In this document: piece by piece, positions 23,477 through 36,115 of the stretch
How positions within the stretch are numbered: the stretch's first letter is position 1
How the letters are laid out: every line of letters starts with the position of its first letter
Origin: Lama glama
Lineage: Eukaryota
Length of the DNA: 64,000 bases
Assembly: GCA_028534125.1 (NCBI GenBank)
Contig: CM052817.1
Location: 84,694,001-84,758,000 of the forward strand
Direction: 5' to 3'
Position numbers and translations under genes: made by a program
Notes under the pieces: model-generated
Databases searched by the model: none
The model's input: only the letters and a program-made list of their open reading frames with translations
Told to the model about the DNA's origin: nothing

Positions 23477-26400
23477 TCAAGTCTTGTCTGAAGGGTCACA
23501 GGATGAAAGTTTTTAAATGTTGCCCCATTTTAGAGCAGCTCAGTGATGTGTTTAAGGAGAAGCCAGGAATTCTTGTCTTACAAAATGAAGCCAGCCTCCT
23601 AACTTTAATTTTGCTGAGTATACAAACAAGAAACTTTAGTGATCACAGTAATTAATAGACAATGATATATTGAGTTGCATTGCCCAGCTCTGAAACGGGG
23701 CCACAGTCTAGCATAGCAACTTTCTTACAGTTCATTACCAAGAATGAAAAATTTTAAATCTAATGAAATGGCAGAGGAGACAGAACATCAATACTAAGGT
23801 GAAATGAACCTTTAAATGCAGAATTATCAATAAATGTACTATTGATTTGGGGAGAATAGTCATAGATACAGTCATTTATTTGCAAAACCACTTACTTTTT
23901 ATAAATGATTTATTGCAGAAGAAGTGAGGAAAGGCTGTATTTCATTTCAAAATTCTGGATGCAAGGGATGAAATAATTATCCAAATGACCCTTAAGTGGA
24001 CTACATTTCCTTTATTTATATTACTTTTAATGTCCTATCATTCTTTATTAGGTTATGTATTGAATGACATCTTAAAATTTCTAAGTTGAAAGACTCCATC
24101 TATAAACTGTTATTAATGAGAAAATGTTTACTGAGCCCCTGGGACTTTTAGCTAGAGAACATTTTCCCCACAACTCAAGTTTGCTTGTCTCCACAACCAA
24201 ATTTACTGCCTTCATATGGCAAAGAGGAGCGCCGGTGCTGTGCTTCTCCCATTCCTCACTGCACTAGTGTCTTGTTGGTACCAATTCCGGGGCCCTCTTG
24301 TCTTTAGAGGAGATGGATTCTTCCTGGCAGAGGATGTTCCTTTCGACACTCGGGCAGACAGTGTGGATTAGAGGGCCCAGGGTGCGTGTGCTCTGCTCAC
24401 GCCATGATGACTTACTGCTCTGCAGCGCACACGTTCACACTCTCCCGGGTCTCAGCCCTGGCGGATCTTTCCACATCATTCGCTTACTCATAAAAGGAAA
24501 GGAAGAGGCTACTCAATCTGAAATACAAACTTTGCCTCGCCTGTCCTTCAGCAGTTGAAAAGTGGCTTGCAATTTATTTCTAGTAATTTGGATTAACACA
24601 GGCCCAGCGAATAGTTAAGGCTTTGTCATAAATGCTCATTTTTTCAGAGAGGAAAATGGAGGCGATCACTGAGTGACCCACGCACGTGTGGTAGAAATGA
24701 GGAGGAGCCTCACCTACTTACCTCTGTTTCTAAGGATCAAATGAAAAACGGAAGTTAAAAAAATGCTCTGCATTTGAGTATTTATTCACATTGTGATTGT
24801 TACTATTGTTGAGTACAGGCCTTGGGAGCAGAAAAATCAAATGTCATCCGTCCAAGTCATAGGCCTCATGATTTGAGGAACAGTGACTCTAGTCAGTTGC
24901 AACTTATCATCTTGTGTCATTACGACATGAATATTCCCTGATTCCTCTGCCTTTTACAGAGAAACAAAATAGACCACACTTCATTGAAACCCAAACTGCC
25001 AGGACCATCCTCAGAGATCCTCACCCCCTACCACTGCTCTTCTGTGTTCAGGAGAGAGGGGTGGGTTAGGAGGGCGGATGCGCTGTGTGGGAAATCATTT
25101 TCTCTTGTTCTGGCCTTCTTAGTGGCCAAGGTCATCAGCAGCAGGGAATGGTTGTTAATCTAGAGGCTCCTGCTTATTTTTTTTCACTGCATTAATTTCC
25201 ACTAAAGAAGCCAGCTTGGCATTCGTCTGTTCCTAATAGGGGCGTTCTGCATTCAGGTGGTGGTGTTTAGCAGCAGGTTCTGCTATTTCTTCTCCATCCT
25301 GGTGGTACATTGGTACTGCTCCTCATGGAGTTAAATTGAAGTAGGGAAATGCGAAAAGAAAGCTCAAAGATGCTGTCTTGTATGGAACATAATGCACAGT
25401 TGTAACAAACAGAGCTTGATAAAATACCAGCAGCAGGGAGCACAGTTATTTATTGCTTCAAGGGAAAATCAAGCAAAATAGCTACAAATTGTTTAAAGTG
25501 CTTCCCCCCCATCTTTCTTGAGTTTCAGTCTCTTTGGCTCTGAAACAGAAAAAGACCTTTGTTATTTCCCAAGCCAAGATTTGCCTTCCTTGGTGTGCAC
25601 TGCCTGCCTTGGCTTCATGTGAAGGAATGCACTTAAAGCAAATTCTGAGAGCAATTACTTCAGAACCACCACAAAACACACACGCACCCCCACAAAGCCA
25701 AGTGGACACCTCTAGGTGGATACACGCCTGGGAGTCTTGGTGTGGGAGCCCTGGCTGGGGAGCTGTCTCATTCTTGTGCCGGACCGTACTCCTGCTTTCC
25801 ACCTTTCCTTGGGGCATCAGCCGGGATCCTGGGGATGCCCTCCCTAGTTTCCTGGACTATATTAAAGAGTTAGAAGAGTTGAGTACTGTGTCAAGGGAAA
25901 AACAAACAAACAAAAAAACATTGGAAGAAATGTCATATAGTGTGGAGAACCTCTAATTTCTGTCTTCCCCCAAACCCTGTCGTGAGTTTCCACCATGTCT
26001 GATCCACACTGCATCATTCCATTGTTATACAGGACAGTCACAGGCTTGTTTATGCAGAGGCATGGCCACCTGGCAGAGAGCTGTGCACCCCATGGGTCAT
26101 CTAAAAATAATCAGTGCTTTGCTGACATGGCCAACTTCAAAGACTCCAGTAACTAAGAGGAAAGTTGCGTCTGCTAGGCTGGAGGTGTGTCTATAATGTC
26201 AGAGACTCTGTGGAAATGGCCCCGTTCAGTGACTGCATAGGGAATCCCAATCACCAGTGAAGCAGCATATGTTATGCTGGTAATGTGTTCTACAGTCTTC
26301 ACTCCTTCTCATAAGAATATAAGGTCAATTTGAGTGAATTTATTGAAAGTGGAGAATAAAGGGACATGGAGTAAATGACAGAGACTGGCAATGTACAGAG

Positions 26401-27059
26401 ACTAGTAATAACCAAACATGAAATTTATATGTCTTCAGGCTGCTGGGGGCTATATCAGTAAGCATAGTGTGCTGCTGCTATTAGATGTTTGCAATTAATC
26501 CTCAAATAAATGTTAAGAAAAACAAAGATCTAAAAGAACTGCTCCAAGTCCAATTTAGAGACCATCTGCTATAACATATACGGGGTTAGAACACTCAGAC
26601 CTGGCCAAGAAGCTGGACAAACCTTTGAAGTGCAGATGTTGCTATTTGACAAACTCAGTAATGCAAAACATCGGTTTGTTTAGCTTCCTTAAGTAGAAGC
26701 AGGATAAAATATTTTGCAGAAATGAATGAGTAAGAATGTGGTGATAACCCTTATCAAAACATTGAGAATGACTGCCTAAAATAACACAGCTAGTAAATGG
26801 CAGAGGAGTTAAGGCAAATGCAGAAACTGAGTATTACTCAGCTAAAGCCAGTTGTGATGTTTCTGAACAACATTTTTTTTTTCCCCACATGAATTAACTG
26901 TTTGGATATCTTATCCAGCTGGACAATTGCCATGCTTTGGTATCAGTTAGGGATACAATGTCTTTTTGTGGTACTTATATTTTTCAAGCCTAGGTTATTG
27001 CTGTGTGTTTCATTAGTAGGGTCCATTCTGTTATTACGTAAATTGACCACAGATGACAA

Positions 27060-27590
27060 TTTCATTCAATCCACAAGTACTGTGTGAATATATGCTTAGG
27101 ACTGTTGGGGTTACAAAAATGTTTGGTCCCTGTTCTCAAGGAGTTTATAGCTTAGTAGAGATATTAAAAAAAGAGGCTTATAAATAATGAATCATTCAAA
27201 GAAGTACATAGTTAGTGCCAAAAGTTAGATCCGGTAGGTTTGGGGCAGCCCCGCATAAACCTGGAAGCTGTAGAGTGGCTCTTTAGTCACATGCCAGTGG
27301 GTTGAACTTAGCTGGCTACGTAACTTTTCTCAAATTTCATTTATTTAAAATGGATATTATAATGTTTATGTGAGTATCAAATGGTGTAATTTATGAAGAA
27401 GTGCTTTGTAATGCACTTTGCTACATTCAAGACTACTTTGAGGATTCAGAGGAGGGCAAGGTTGCATCTGGTTGAGAGACTTCAGTAAGAGAAGTATTTA
27501 ATCAGCAGCCTTGAATGGAAGGTTGGATTTCAAACGTAGGCGGTAGGGTTGGGGACATTTCAGCCTGAAGGAACATACAATTAGAAAAGA
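27060..27590 (-). mobile_element. LINE-2 fragment with an internal MIR remnant (~27250-27420)
   Basis: 'ggtccctgttctcaaggagtttatag' and 'gccttgaatggaaggttggattt'; MIR-like 'taaaatggatattataatg' lies between them. Confidence 0.55.
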
Positions 27591-27596
27591 CTGAGA

Positions 27597-29085
27597 TTTT
27601 TTTCTTTTTTTTCAATTGAAATCTAGTTGCTGTACAATATTATACAAGTTACCGGTGTGCACTATAGTGATTCACAATTTTTAAAGCTTACACTCCATTT
27701 ACAGTTATTGCAAAATATTGTCTGTATTTTCTGTGCTGTACAGTACATCCGTGAGCCAATCTTATGCCCAGTACTTTGTACCTTCCACTCTTTGCCCCTA
27801 TATTGTCCCTCTCCCAACCCTCTCCCCACTGGTAACTACTAGTTTGTTCTCTGTATCTGTGAGGCTGCTTCTTTTTTGTTATATTTTTCAGATTCCACAT
27901 GTAAGTAACATCATACAGTATTTGTCTTTCTCTGTCTGACATTTCACTTAGAATAAGGCCCTCCAAGTCCATCCATGTTGCTGCAAATGGCAAAATTTTG
28001 TTCCGTTTTATGCTAGAGTAAGTATTCCATTGTGTGTGTGTGTGTGTGTATATATATTCCATTGTATATACGTATACATTCCATTGTGTGTGTATATATA
28101 TATACACATTCCATTGCATGTGTGTGTATATATATATTCCATTGTATATATACGTGTGTGTATATATATCTATATCCATATCTATATCTATATCTCACAT
28201 CTTCTTTATCCATTTATCTCTTATTGGACACTTAGGGTTGCTTTCTTCTTTTGACTACTATGAATAATGCTGCTGTAAACATGGGTGTAAAAATCTCTCT
28301 TTGAGACCCTGCTTTCGATTCTTTTGGGCTTATAGCCAGAAGTGGAATTGCTGGATCATATGGTAATTCTATTTAATTTTTTTAGGGACTGTACTGTTTT
28401 CCATAGCAGCTGCACCACTTTACATTTTCACCAGCAATGTAGGAGGATTCCAACTTGTCCACATCCTCGTCAACAATCATTACTTTCTGTTTTTTCTTTT
28501 TGATAACAGCCATCCTAATGGGTGTGAAATGGTATCCAGTTGTAGTTTTGATTTGTACTTTCCTAATGATTAGTGATGTCAAGCATCTTTTCATGTGATT
28601 TTTGGCTCTTTGTATCTTTTTTGAAGAAATGTCTATTCAAGTTCTTTGTCCATTTTTTGACTGGCTTATTTTTGTGTTGTTGAGCTGGAGGAATTCTTTG
28701 TGTATTCTGGATATTAAACCCTTATCATATATATAATTTGCAAATACTTCTCCCATTCCATAGGTTGCCTTTTACTCTGTTGATACCGTCCTTTAATACA
28801 TAAAAGTTTTAAATTTTGACGTAATCTGATTTATCTATTTTTCTTTTGCTACCTGTGCTTTAGCTGTCATATCCAAAAAAATCATTGCCAAGTCTATCAT
28901 CTGGAATATTTTCTCTGTTTTCTTCTAAGGATTTCTTCTACAGTTTTAGCTCTTAACATTTAGATCTTTGATCCATTTTGATTTAATTTTTGTGTATCGT
29001 GCAAGGTAAGAATCCAACTTCATTCTTTTACATGTAAGTATCCAGGTTTTGCAGCATTGCTTGTTGAAAAGACTGTCCTTTCTCA
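27597..29085 (-). mobile_element. LINE-1 3' fragment (3' UTR plus decayed ORF2 C-terminus)
   Basis: Poly-T tail at 27597; minus-strand peptides MKRCLTSLIIRKVQIKTTTGYHFTPIRMAVIKK and ILPFAATWMDLEGLILSE are L1 ORF2 C-terminal motifs. Confidence 0.95.
28022..28194. repeat. Minisatellite/microsatellite expansion inside L1
   Basis: Five copies of ATTCCATTG (28024, 28056, 28078, 28108, 28136) separated by (TG)/(TA) runs, then (TATATC)-like units. Confidence 0.9.
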
Positions 29086-29779
29086 AATAAATGAAATGTT
29101 TTTGAAGAATGGAAGATCCATAGTGTAGGTAAGGATCTAGTCAAAGAGCAAGATGACAAGTTTGTGGTCATATTCTAGGCTGAATATCAGACTCAGTACT
29201 TTGGAGTTAATTTAGGAGGGACTAAGGTGTCATTGATTAGGGCTGTAGTTTAGAAAATAAATCTGCTGGCCAGTGTAGGATTGGTTACAGTGTGGGGGAG
29301 TTTGCAGTGTGTTTGGAAGCAAAAAAATAAACAAACAAAACAAACCTCCAGAAATATTTTCTTTTTCTTTGTTAACACTTATATCGAGTTTAGAAACTCT
29401 TAAAATGTTATTGACTGATACTTGCACATTTTTATGATCTGTAAAGCACTGTTAATGAATTTTGCACTTTGAATTATTTTTCTCATCAAAAATTTGATTG
29501 CTCATAATTTGGAACTTGTAAAATAAAGAGTGGTATGAATTAAAAACCCCAAATCACCAGTTACCCCCCAATCCAGACTTTATTGCTGCTACTGTTGGCT
29601 GCCTGCAAGTCCAATTTTATAACCTATGCATTTTGTGTAACTAAGAATGATACTGAATGTGAAGTTTTCCATCCTTATTTTCCTTTTTTAATTTCGCTTG
29701 GCATTGTTCTGTGAGCACATTTCCTTATTTCCCTGCCATTTTAATGAGTTTTAAAGTGTGTTTAAGTAATAGGTATTGC

Positions 29780-29960
29780 AAAAAGAGGCAGGAGAACTGG
29801 TTCTAATCTCCACAATAGCACAGACTTGCTCTATAACCTTTACCCAGATGTTCAGCCAATCACAGCCTCACTTTTACTGCCTGCAAAATTGGATAGTACT
29901 TGCTACCTATTCCCTGGGGGCATGATGAAGAGCAATGAAGTAATGCCTCAGAATTGCCTT
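29780..29960 (+). mobile_element. MIR SINE
   Basis: 'aggagaactggttctaatc...gcctcacttttactgcctgcaaaattgg'. Confidence 0.6.
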
Positions 29961-30799
29961 TTCTTCTCTGTAAGAAAGGTGCTATGCATGTAAAGATTGT
30001 TAGATCACGTTGAGGACTTGCTGAGCCAACAATGGAGAGAGCCGGGGCAGAACCACTTTCTTCCATTTTCCACCATCAGCCCCTGCATCCTATCTCTGCA
30101 AGCGTATGGGCTTGCTTTCTATACGAAGGGCTTATCACAGAAACACACAGCTGCATTGTGTTTCTGCAGCTACTGAGAATATGTATGGCTTAGAAAGCAG
30201 TCATTCTCGATGATGTGATTAGCGTGTTATGAGCACAGACAATATCGGGAGCATCCAGTAGCATTCCCGTATTCCAGCTTCATCTATTCCTCTAGTATAT
30301 CTATCATTGTTCTTTAAATCTGAGGTGGCTGCAGCTGCCTCTGCTGGCAGTGTTTCTGTTGTGTGGATAAGCGGGACTGTGTGACCTGCTGTCCTTTCTC
30401 CATTCCCTAACCGTGTCATTTGTCTGCTCATTGCAGGGCCGGCATCTGCTCGTGTATCTTCCTTTTGCCACATATTGGAGTGGACAAGATGATGGTCTCA
30501 TGCCTTTCCTCTGATTATAGAATCCCAGGATTATCCATCACATTTGCCCAGAAACTGTGCCTATAATGATATAACTCTTAACTATTCATACAGTGCATTT
30601 CTTTGGGGAAGTGGATTCCATCATTCATTTTGTGAGACCAAGGTTTTTGTGTTTTCTACAAACTTCTTTCCACTCATTGCTTGGTTTTCCATAGATGGTA
30701 ACTGACTGGTTTCTCTGAAGTCTTTATGAACTGAGAAGGCAGTAGATAGAGAACCCTTCTAACAGCTTCTTATATTGAGAGCTTGCAATTGACAGCATC

Positions 30800-30970
30800 T
30801 TTAGAATCATTTTTGTCATGTTTTAAACAGCCTATGGTATAGGAATCACATGTGTGTATTTTAAAGGTGACGGAGCATAGGCCTGAAGCACATAAGACTT
30901 GTCCTGTGTAAATGGATGAATCTGGATGCTAAGCCAGGGCTCCCAGCTCTAGCCTGGTCCTCTGCCCACT
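30800..30970 (-). mobile_element. MIR fragment
   Basis: 'attttaaaggtgacggagcataggcctgaag...gacttgtcc...agccagggctccc'. Confidence 0.55.
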
Positions 30971-31329
30971 GCAGAGAGGGGAAGAGGTAAATCATTTTCC
31001 AAGTAGAGCAAGGAGAAATAAGAAATCAAAATAAGAACTTAGGATGGCTGTGTTTTATTCCAGCCCTTTTGTCTTTCCTCTGGTTTGTGTGATGTTAGTC
31101 AGCAGAGATGTTTACCTTTTCAGTCTGTATATTGTACAGCATCTGAAACAGCACTCTGGACAGTCGGCAAAGGCTTGAGGTCTTATTCTGTTCTCCAGAT
31201 CAAACAGCGAACTGTTTGTTTTTTCCACAGAGGCCTTTAAAAATCCTACACATCTGGACAATGCCTCAAGCATCTAGAGAAATCTGCCCAAGTACCAAGA
31301 ATTTTGAAAGAGCATTTCTGAATAGTATT

Positions 31330-31530
31330 CTTTACGCTTTATTTCTGTTATCCTTCATCTATGCATTTTGAAATGCATTCACACCTATTCATCCTACCAC
31401 CTCTGATACCAGGAAGGGAGTGCACTTTTTGTCTCCATTTTACAGATAAGCAGACTGAGTGGCAGGCTGTGTCGAGGGAGGCTTTAGGCATTCTGACTTA
31501 CAGAGTCTAATAATGAGAGCCCGGGTCCTT
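31330..31530 (-). mobile_element. MIR fragment
   Basis: Core 'ctccattttacagataagcagactgag'. Confidence 0.65.
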
Positions 31531-32489
31531 TTGTGCCCTCTTGCTCCATGTTATTTCCAATTTGCTTTCTCATTTCGAGAGAGCATTTTCATCTTTTATT
31601 TTTGGATAATAGTTTCAAGTTTCATTTGCACCACCAGACCTGTAAATTCTTTTGTTCTTTAGAAGTCCTGGTCAGGGTGACATCTCTTTCTTTTGTTTGG
31701 GGGCAGGTAATCTAATAGATAGGAAGATCTGCATCAAAAATAAATCATTTTCCTTGCTTTCAACTCTGCTTAGTTTATCATATACTGAAGGCTTAGATTC
31801 CGGTTTAAAAGAACTGGCAATAATATATTCAGTAGTGCCATTTTATTTATTTATTTTTTTGCATTTTTCAGTAGTGCCATTTTAAAATGTAGTACAATAT
31901 CTAACTTATTTTTATCTCCTATTACTGCTTATAAAACACATAAATATAGATAAACCAATCTTAGAAAATTAATTGGAAATCAGAAAATACGTTCAGAATG
32001 ACTTTCCATTTTCCACATACAAAGCTATTGGTAATTTGTCTTACAAACTGGTTGTTGCTGGCCATAATGCTATGGAATATGGTTTTTGTTTATGTCGATC
32101 TTTTTAAAACATAAGGGATCATCACAGCTTAACAGGAGTTGTTCAGGGTGCTGGATGACCCCCAGCAGAGAGAGATGCTATCTTCTAGGTCTGTGCCTTG
32201 TTCAGTAGGTGCACACTTGAAGGGAGGAGTGAATGAGCATGTACACTGAAGTGGATGAAGACAGCTGATAGAAATCAACTGGACATTGGAGGGCAATTCA
32301 TACGATGCTTGTTAGGAGATCAATAGGGGCAGCCACTAGGACTATATTAACTGACCCAAGGGAAGTCAGGTGGGAAAAGCTATAAACTAGGAGGTGACAT
32401 TTAAGAATAAATTTCCAGTGAGGGAAAATAATCTAGAGAAATGGCAAAGGCATGGAGCCTAGCAGGCCAAGCACATATCTCCTAGAGTC

Positions 32490-32750
32490 TTTTATTTATT
32501 GACCAAATAGGTATTGACTGTCTGTTCTGTGCCAGGCACAGTGCTAGTGGCTGAGACTACAAACGTCAATCCAGCTATGGCCTCTGTCTTAAGCTCAATT
32601 CAAACAGAGGACACAGTTTGGAAACCTATTGCTATCAATGTAATACTATCGTTGCTATAGTAAAATGCCTATACGACTCATCAAAATACATAGAAAGGGA
32701 ATGATCAATTTTGCTTTGCAGAAGGTTTTACAGAGAAAGGAGCAGTAAAG
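32490..32750 (-). mobile_element. LINE-2 3' end
   Basis: 'tattgactgtctgttctgtgccaggcacagtgctag...atggcctctgtc'. Confidence 0.7.
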
Positions 32751-32959
32751 AATTTTGTGGTGTTTTGGTTGCATTAAAAATTTTTCCACTTTGATGGACT
32801 CTTTACATCCAGAATCTTTTACCTTCGCAGCTCTGCTATTCCTTTACAAACAAGACAGTCAAGGCCCCTAGGAGCCAAGTTAAGGTGTCCAAGATCACCC
32901 GGCTAACGAGTGCATCAAACTTGGTTCTGTGGGGCTCCTGCCACTTTGCCACCTGGGGT

Positions 32960-33190
32960 CTCGAGGGATCAGGAGGAATTCATCAGGCAGACATGGAGCT
33001 GGAAGAGGGAATTCTCTGCAGCAGGAACGGCACCTCAGAGTGAGGGAACTGTTCAAGAGCATTGGATTTTGGGGGACGTGAGCATCTCCTCGGATTAGAA
33101 GGTAGAGGCTGTGTTGTGTGCCTGGTCGTCTGAAAAGCACCAAAGTCGATAAAAGGATTTTAATGTCTCTTCCAGTCTTGAGGTTTTATA
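32960..33190 (+). mobile_element. CR1/L3 3' fragment
   Basis: 'cagagtgagggaactgttcaagagcattgga...gtgagcatctcc' and terminal 'gtctcttccagtcttgaggttttata'. Confidence 0.45.
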
Positions 33191-33229
33191 ACAGGTAAGA
33201 AATTATCATTGGCCTCAAGGAGCATATTA

Positions 33230-33520
33230 AATCCTTCATTAATTTGCATGATATTATTAAGCACTTACTATTTGCCAGGATCTATTCCAGGTGCTGGCGA
33301 TATAGCAGTAGGCAACATAGAAAAAGTTCCTGCTCTTCTGGAACTTACCTATAGAGGGAAATAGATGCCAAGGAAAGAAGCAAACAATGCTGGACAGTGA
33401 TAGTTACGATGAAGCAAAAAAGCAGAGAAAGAGGATTAAAAATGGAGGGTGTGGGTTACATATGAAAGTTATAGAAAGCCTCTACAGTAAGTTGATGTTC
33501 GAGCATTATTATCTAATAGG
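33230..33520 (-). mobile_element. LINE-2 3' end
   Basis: 'tattaagcacttactatttgccagg...gtgctggcgatatagcagt...aagttcctgctcttctggaacttac'. Confidence 0.8.
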
Positions 33521-33619
33521 GGCGATGAGACATGTGCGAAGCAACCCCAGAATAAAGTAGTAAATGGTAAATATCAATAAATACTGAAAAGGACACAATA
33601 GAATTTAAATAAAGAAATG

Positions 33620-33810
33620 AACACTTATTGAGTATGCTTCTATTTTAGACAACACTCACAATATACTTGAAAGGCATTATCTGCCCCAATTTTACAGGTG
33701 AAAGACTGAGGTTCAGAGAGGCTGGGTAACTTTTCTAATGGCACACAGCCTGGATTCAAACTCACGTTTGTCTGAATCCAAAGCCTGTATTCTGCCCCAC
33801 TGTGAGAGCC
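33620..33810 (-). mobile_element. MIR SINE
   Basis: Core 'ccccaattttacaggtgaaagactgaggttcagagagg...ggattcaaactc'. Confidence 0.85.
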
Positions 33811-35899
33811 TTGTTCTTCTGGGATAAAGATGGAAGCTTAAAGGAGAATTTCTTGGTAGAGAGGGTGGGCTTCAAAGTATAGATGAGATTTTGATATGGG
33901 AAGATTAGAAAAATGAATAGGAATGGGAAAATCAAATCATAAGATAGCAGAAGGGAAAAATTCAGGGTTTGTGTAAAGTTAGTTGAAGTCCAGACTAAGA
34001 GGGGACCCACAGGGAGAGATAAAGCTAGAAACAGGAACAGATTTCAGAATAAAACAGACATAGAGTCTTCCCTATATTTGGTAGGCATTGGGAGCCACGA
34101 AAAGTATTCCCCAAGAGATTCTGTTCATCCACAGGATGAATAAACACTTCTGGGGGCTCTAATACTTCTCTGTTTCTCTGATTATTTTATTCTACCCACC
34201 AGATTGAGCAGCTTATCGTCAGTGAGTATTATCCACACTCACCGACTTCACAATTGGGTCCAGACTTAACCTGATGCAATGTTACATCAGGGAAAGGTAC
34301 TCGGACAGAGCTTTGTGTGAAAAACTTCAGGTGTGCCAGTTCTCAATTGATTCCTTGAGAAACGGCATTGTCCCAGACGTCACATTGCCAGATGGATATA
34401 GAGCATTGGATGAACTCCATCTGGCTGATCCAACCCCCCATATGGTGACGGGATGCTGAAAGGATGAGATGAGCAGTCAGGAAAGTGTTATTCAAGAGAC
34501 AAGAAAGAGCAGAACTAAATTCACCTTTGCTCCCAGCTGGAGAGCAGATTGCATTCTTTAAAGCAGTGTGATGACTCAAGCCACCCGCAGTGGAGGGCAG
34601 ATAGGCTGGGGCGAGCTCTTTAAGGAAAAGCTCAATGGTATCATAAGAAACCGATATATGCCAATGTGGTGCCATCTGGGGTCAGACTCCTAGTGTGTCC
34701 CTCAGGCATTTTGGTGTCCTATTATATAATCTGCCCTTTTTGTGCTTTCTGTTTATATTCCCCCCCAAGTACTGTACATCCCAGTCTCTGTATATCAAGC
34801 TGCTTTATGCCAAAGGTGACAGCCAAAAAATGTCTCTCAAAATTGTCTTTCAGTTATATTTTTCATTCAGAGACATACTTTTACAGTAAATCCCAATGCA
34901 AGGATTCAATCTATGAATGGGCTTTGGAGAGAGATCTGTGAATTCTTGAAATTGTTAGCAAACTTTTGTATTTATAAGCATTTTCAGGGGAGTAGTCATG
35001 AAGCTTAAAAAAATTCTGTTACCCTGTTAAGGATCAAAACTCCTTTACTTCCCTTAGAATTGCCTGTCCCCCTCCATTTCTCCCTTACTTCCTCCCTCCC
35101 TCCCTTCTTCACTCTTATTTCTTCCCTTCAACTTGCTGACCAACTTACTAATTACTTTCTAGCTAACTTTTCAATTTTCTTTATTTCTTCTCTCAGTTCT
35201 CCCAACTGTTCTTTTTCTCCATGTGCTATAGAGAGGGAAGTGTGGGAAATGATGAAGGCAGCAGAGTGGAGAGAAACGATAGTAAGTTAGTAAAAGTCAT
35301 AGGAAGTATGGGACGGGTTTGGGCACCAAAGTACTGGTCATCACTTCTTTCCTCCCACACTTTTCATCCTTACCTCTTTTAATGAAAGTAGTTATAACAT
35401 CTACCAAAAAAACAAAAATGAAGAAAGAAAAAAGGAAAAGGTAATCAGAAGAGTTACTGAAAGCCTAAATACTGCTCCATGCAAAATTAACAAAGGATAA
35501 AGGGCTGCCATATACTAAATTTATGATTTAGGGTTAGAAATGGATGGTTTTCTTATTTATAGAGTTAGATTTCAGGTGGGTCAAAGAAATGATGTTTGAA
35601 ACACATTTGAAGCAACCAATGACTGGAAGCAGAAATTGAGTGTGATGAAGAAAAATTGGGTAAAGGACTCTAGTTATTTGAATTTAAAATTATCCCAATA
35701 TATGTTACTCTTACAAAATATACATAAGGTAAAAATGTACATGAAGTTAAAATTCCTTGAGAATTGTTCTCTAATTTCATGGAATATTGGAAATTGCAGT
35801 GTGTTTCTCTATTTGTAAGATCTGGTACATTAGTATTATTGTGAACTTGAAAATTAGTATTGTTTGTATACCAAATTAGCATTATTATGAATGGAAAAA

Positions 35900-36115
35900 A
35901 GGAAACTAGTTAGGATTAAATAGACAGACCTAATTCTGAATTCTGGCTCTGATAGTTACTGTTGTTTTGCTGTGGACAATTTACTTAAATGCTATGGGCT
36001 TTAATTCCTTTTTACATGAAATAGGACTAATGACGTTTAATCCATAAAGTTAGTGTGAAATTGAAATCAGGTGATTTGTACTTGGCATGTAACATATGCT
36101 CAATAAATGTTTGCT
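35900..36115 (+). mobile_element. MIR SINE
   Basis: 'ttctgaattctggctctg...ggacaatttacttaa...cttggcatgtaacatatgctcaataaatgtt'. Confidence 0.75.

Noticed and set aside
28022..28150. CRISPR-like repeat-spacer appearance
   Set aside because: Anchors are only 9 bp, spacers are dinucleotide runs, the context is a mammalian L1 and there are no cas genes.
27688..28267. Cluster of Y/I/C/V/H/T-rich ORFs up to 163 aa
   Set aside because: Products of the TG/TA minisatellite and L1 3' sequence.
27584..29075. gaaaagactg on both sides of the L1 as a TSD
   Set aside because: The right-hand copy is part of normal L1 sequence (ttgttgaaaagactgtcctt), so the match is probably coincidental.
34660..34690. Reverse CTCF-like motif (ACCCCAGATGGCAC)
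   Set aside because: Two mismatches in the 5' core; weaker than chance would comfortably exclude in 64 kb.
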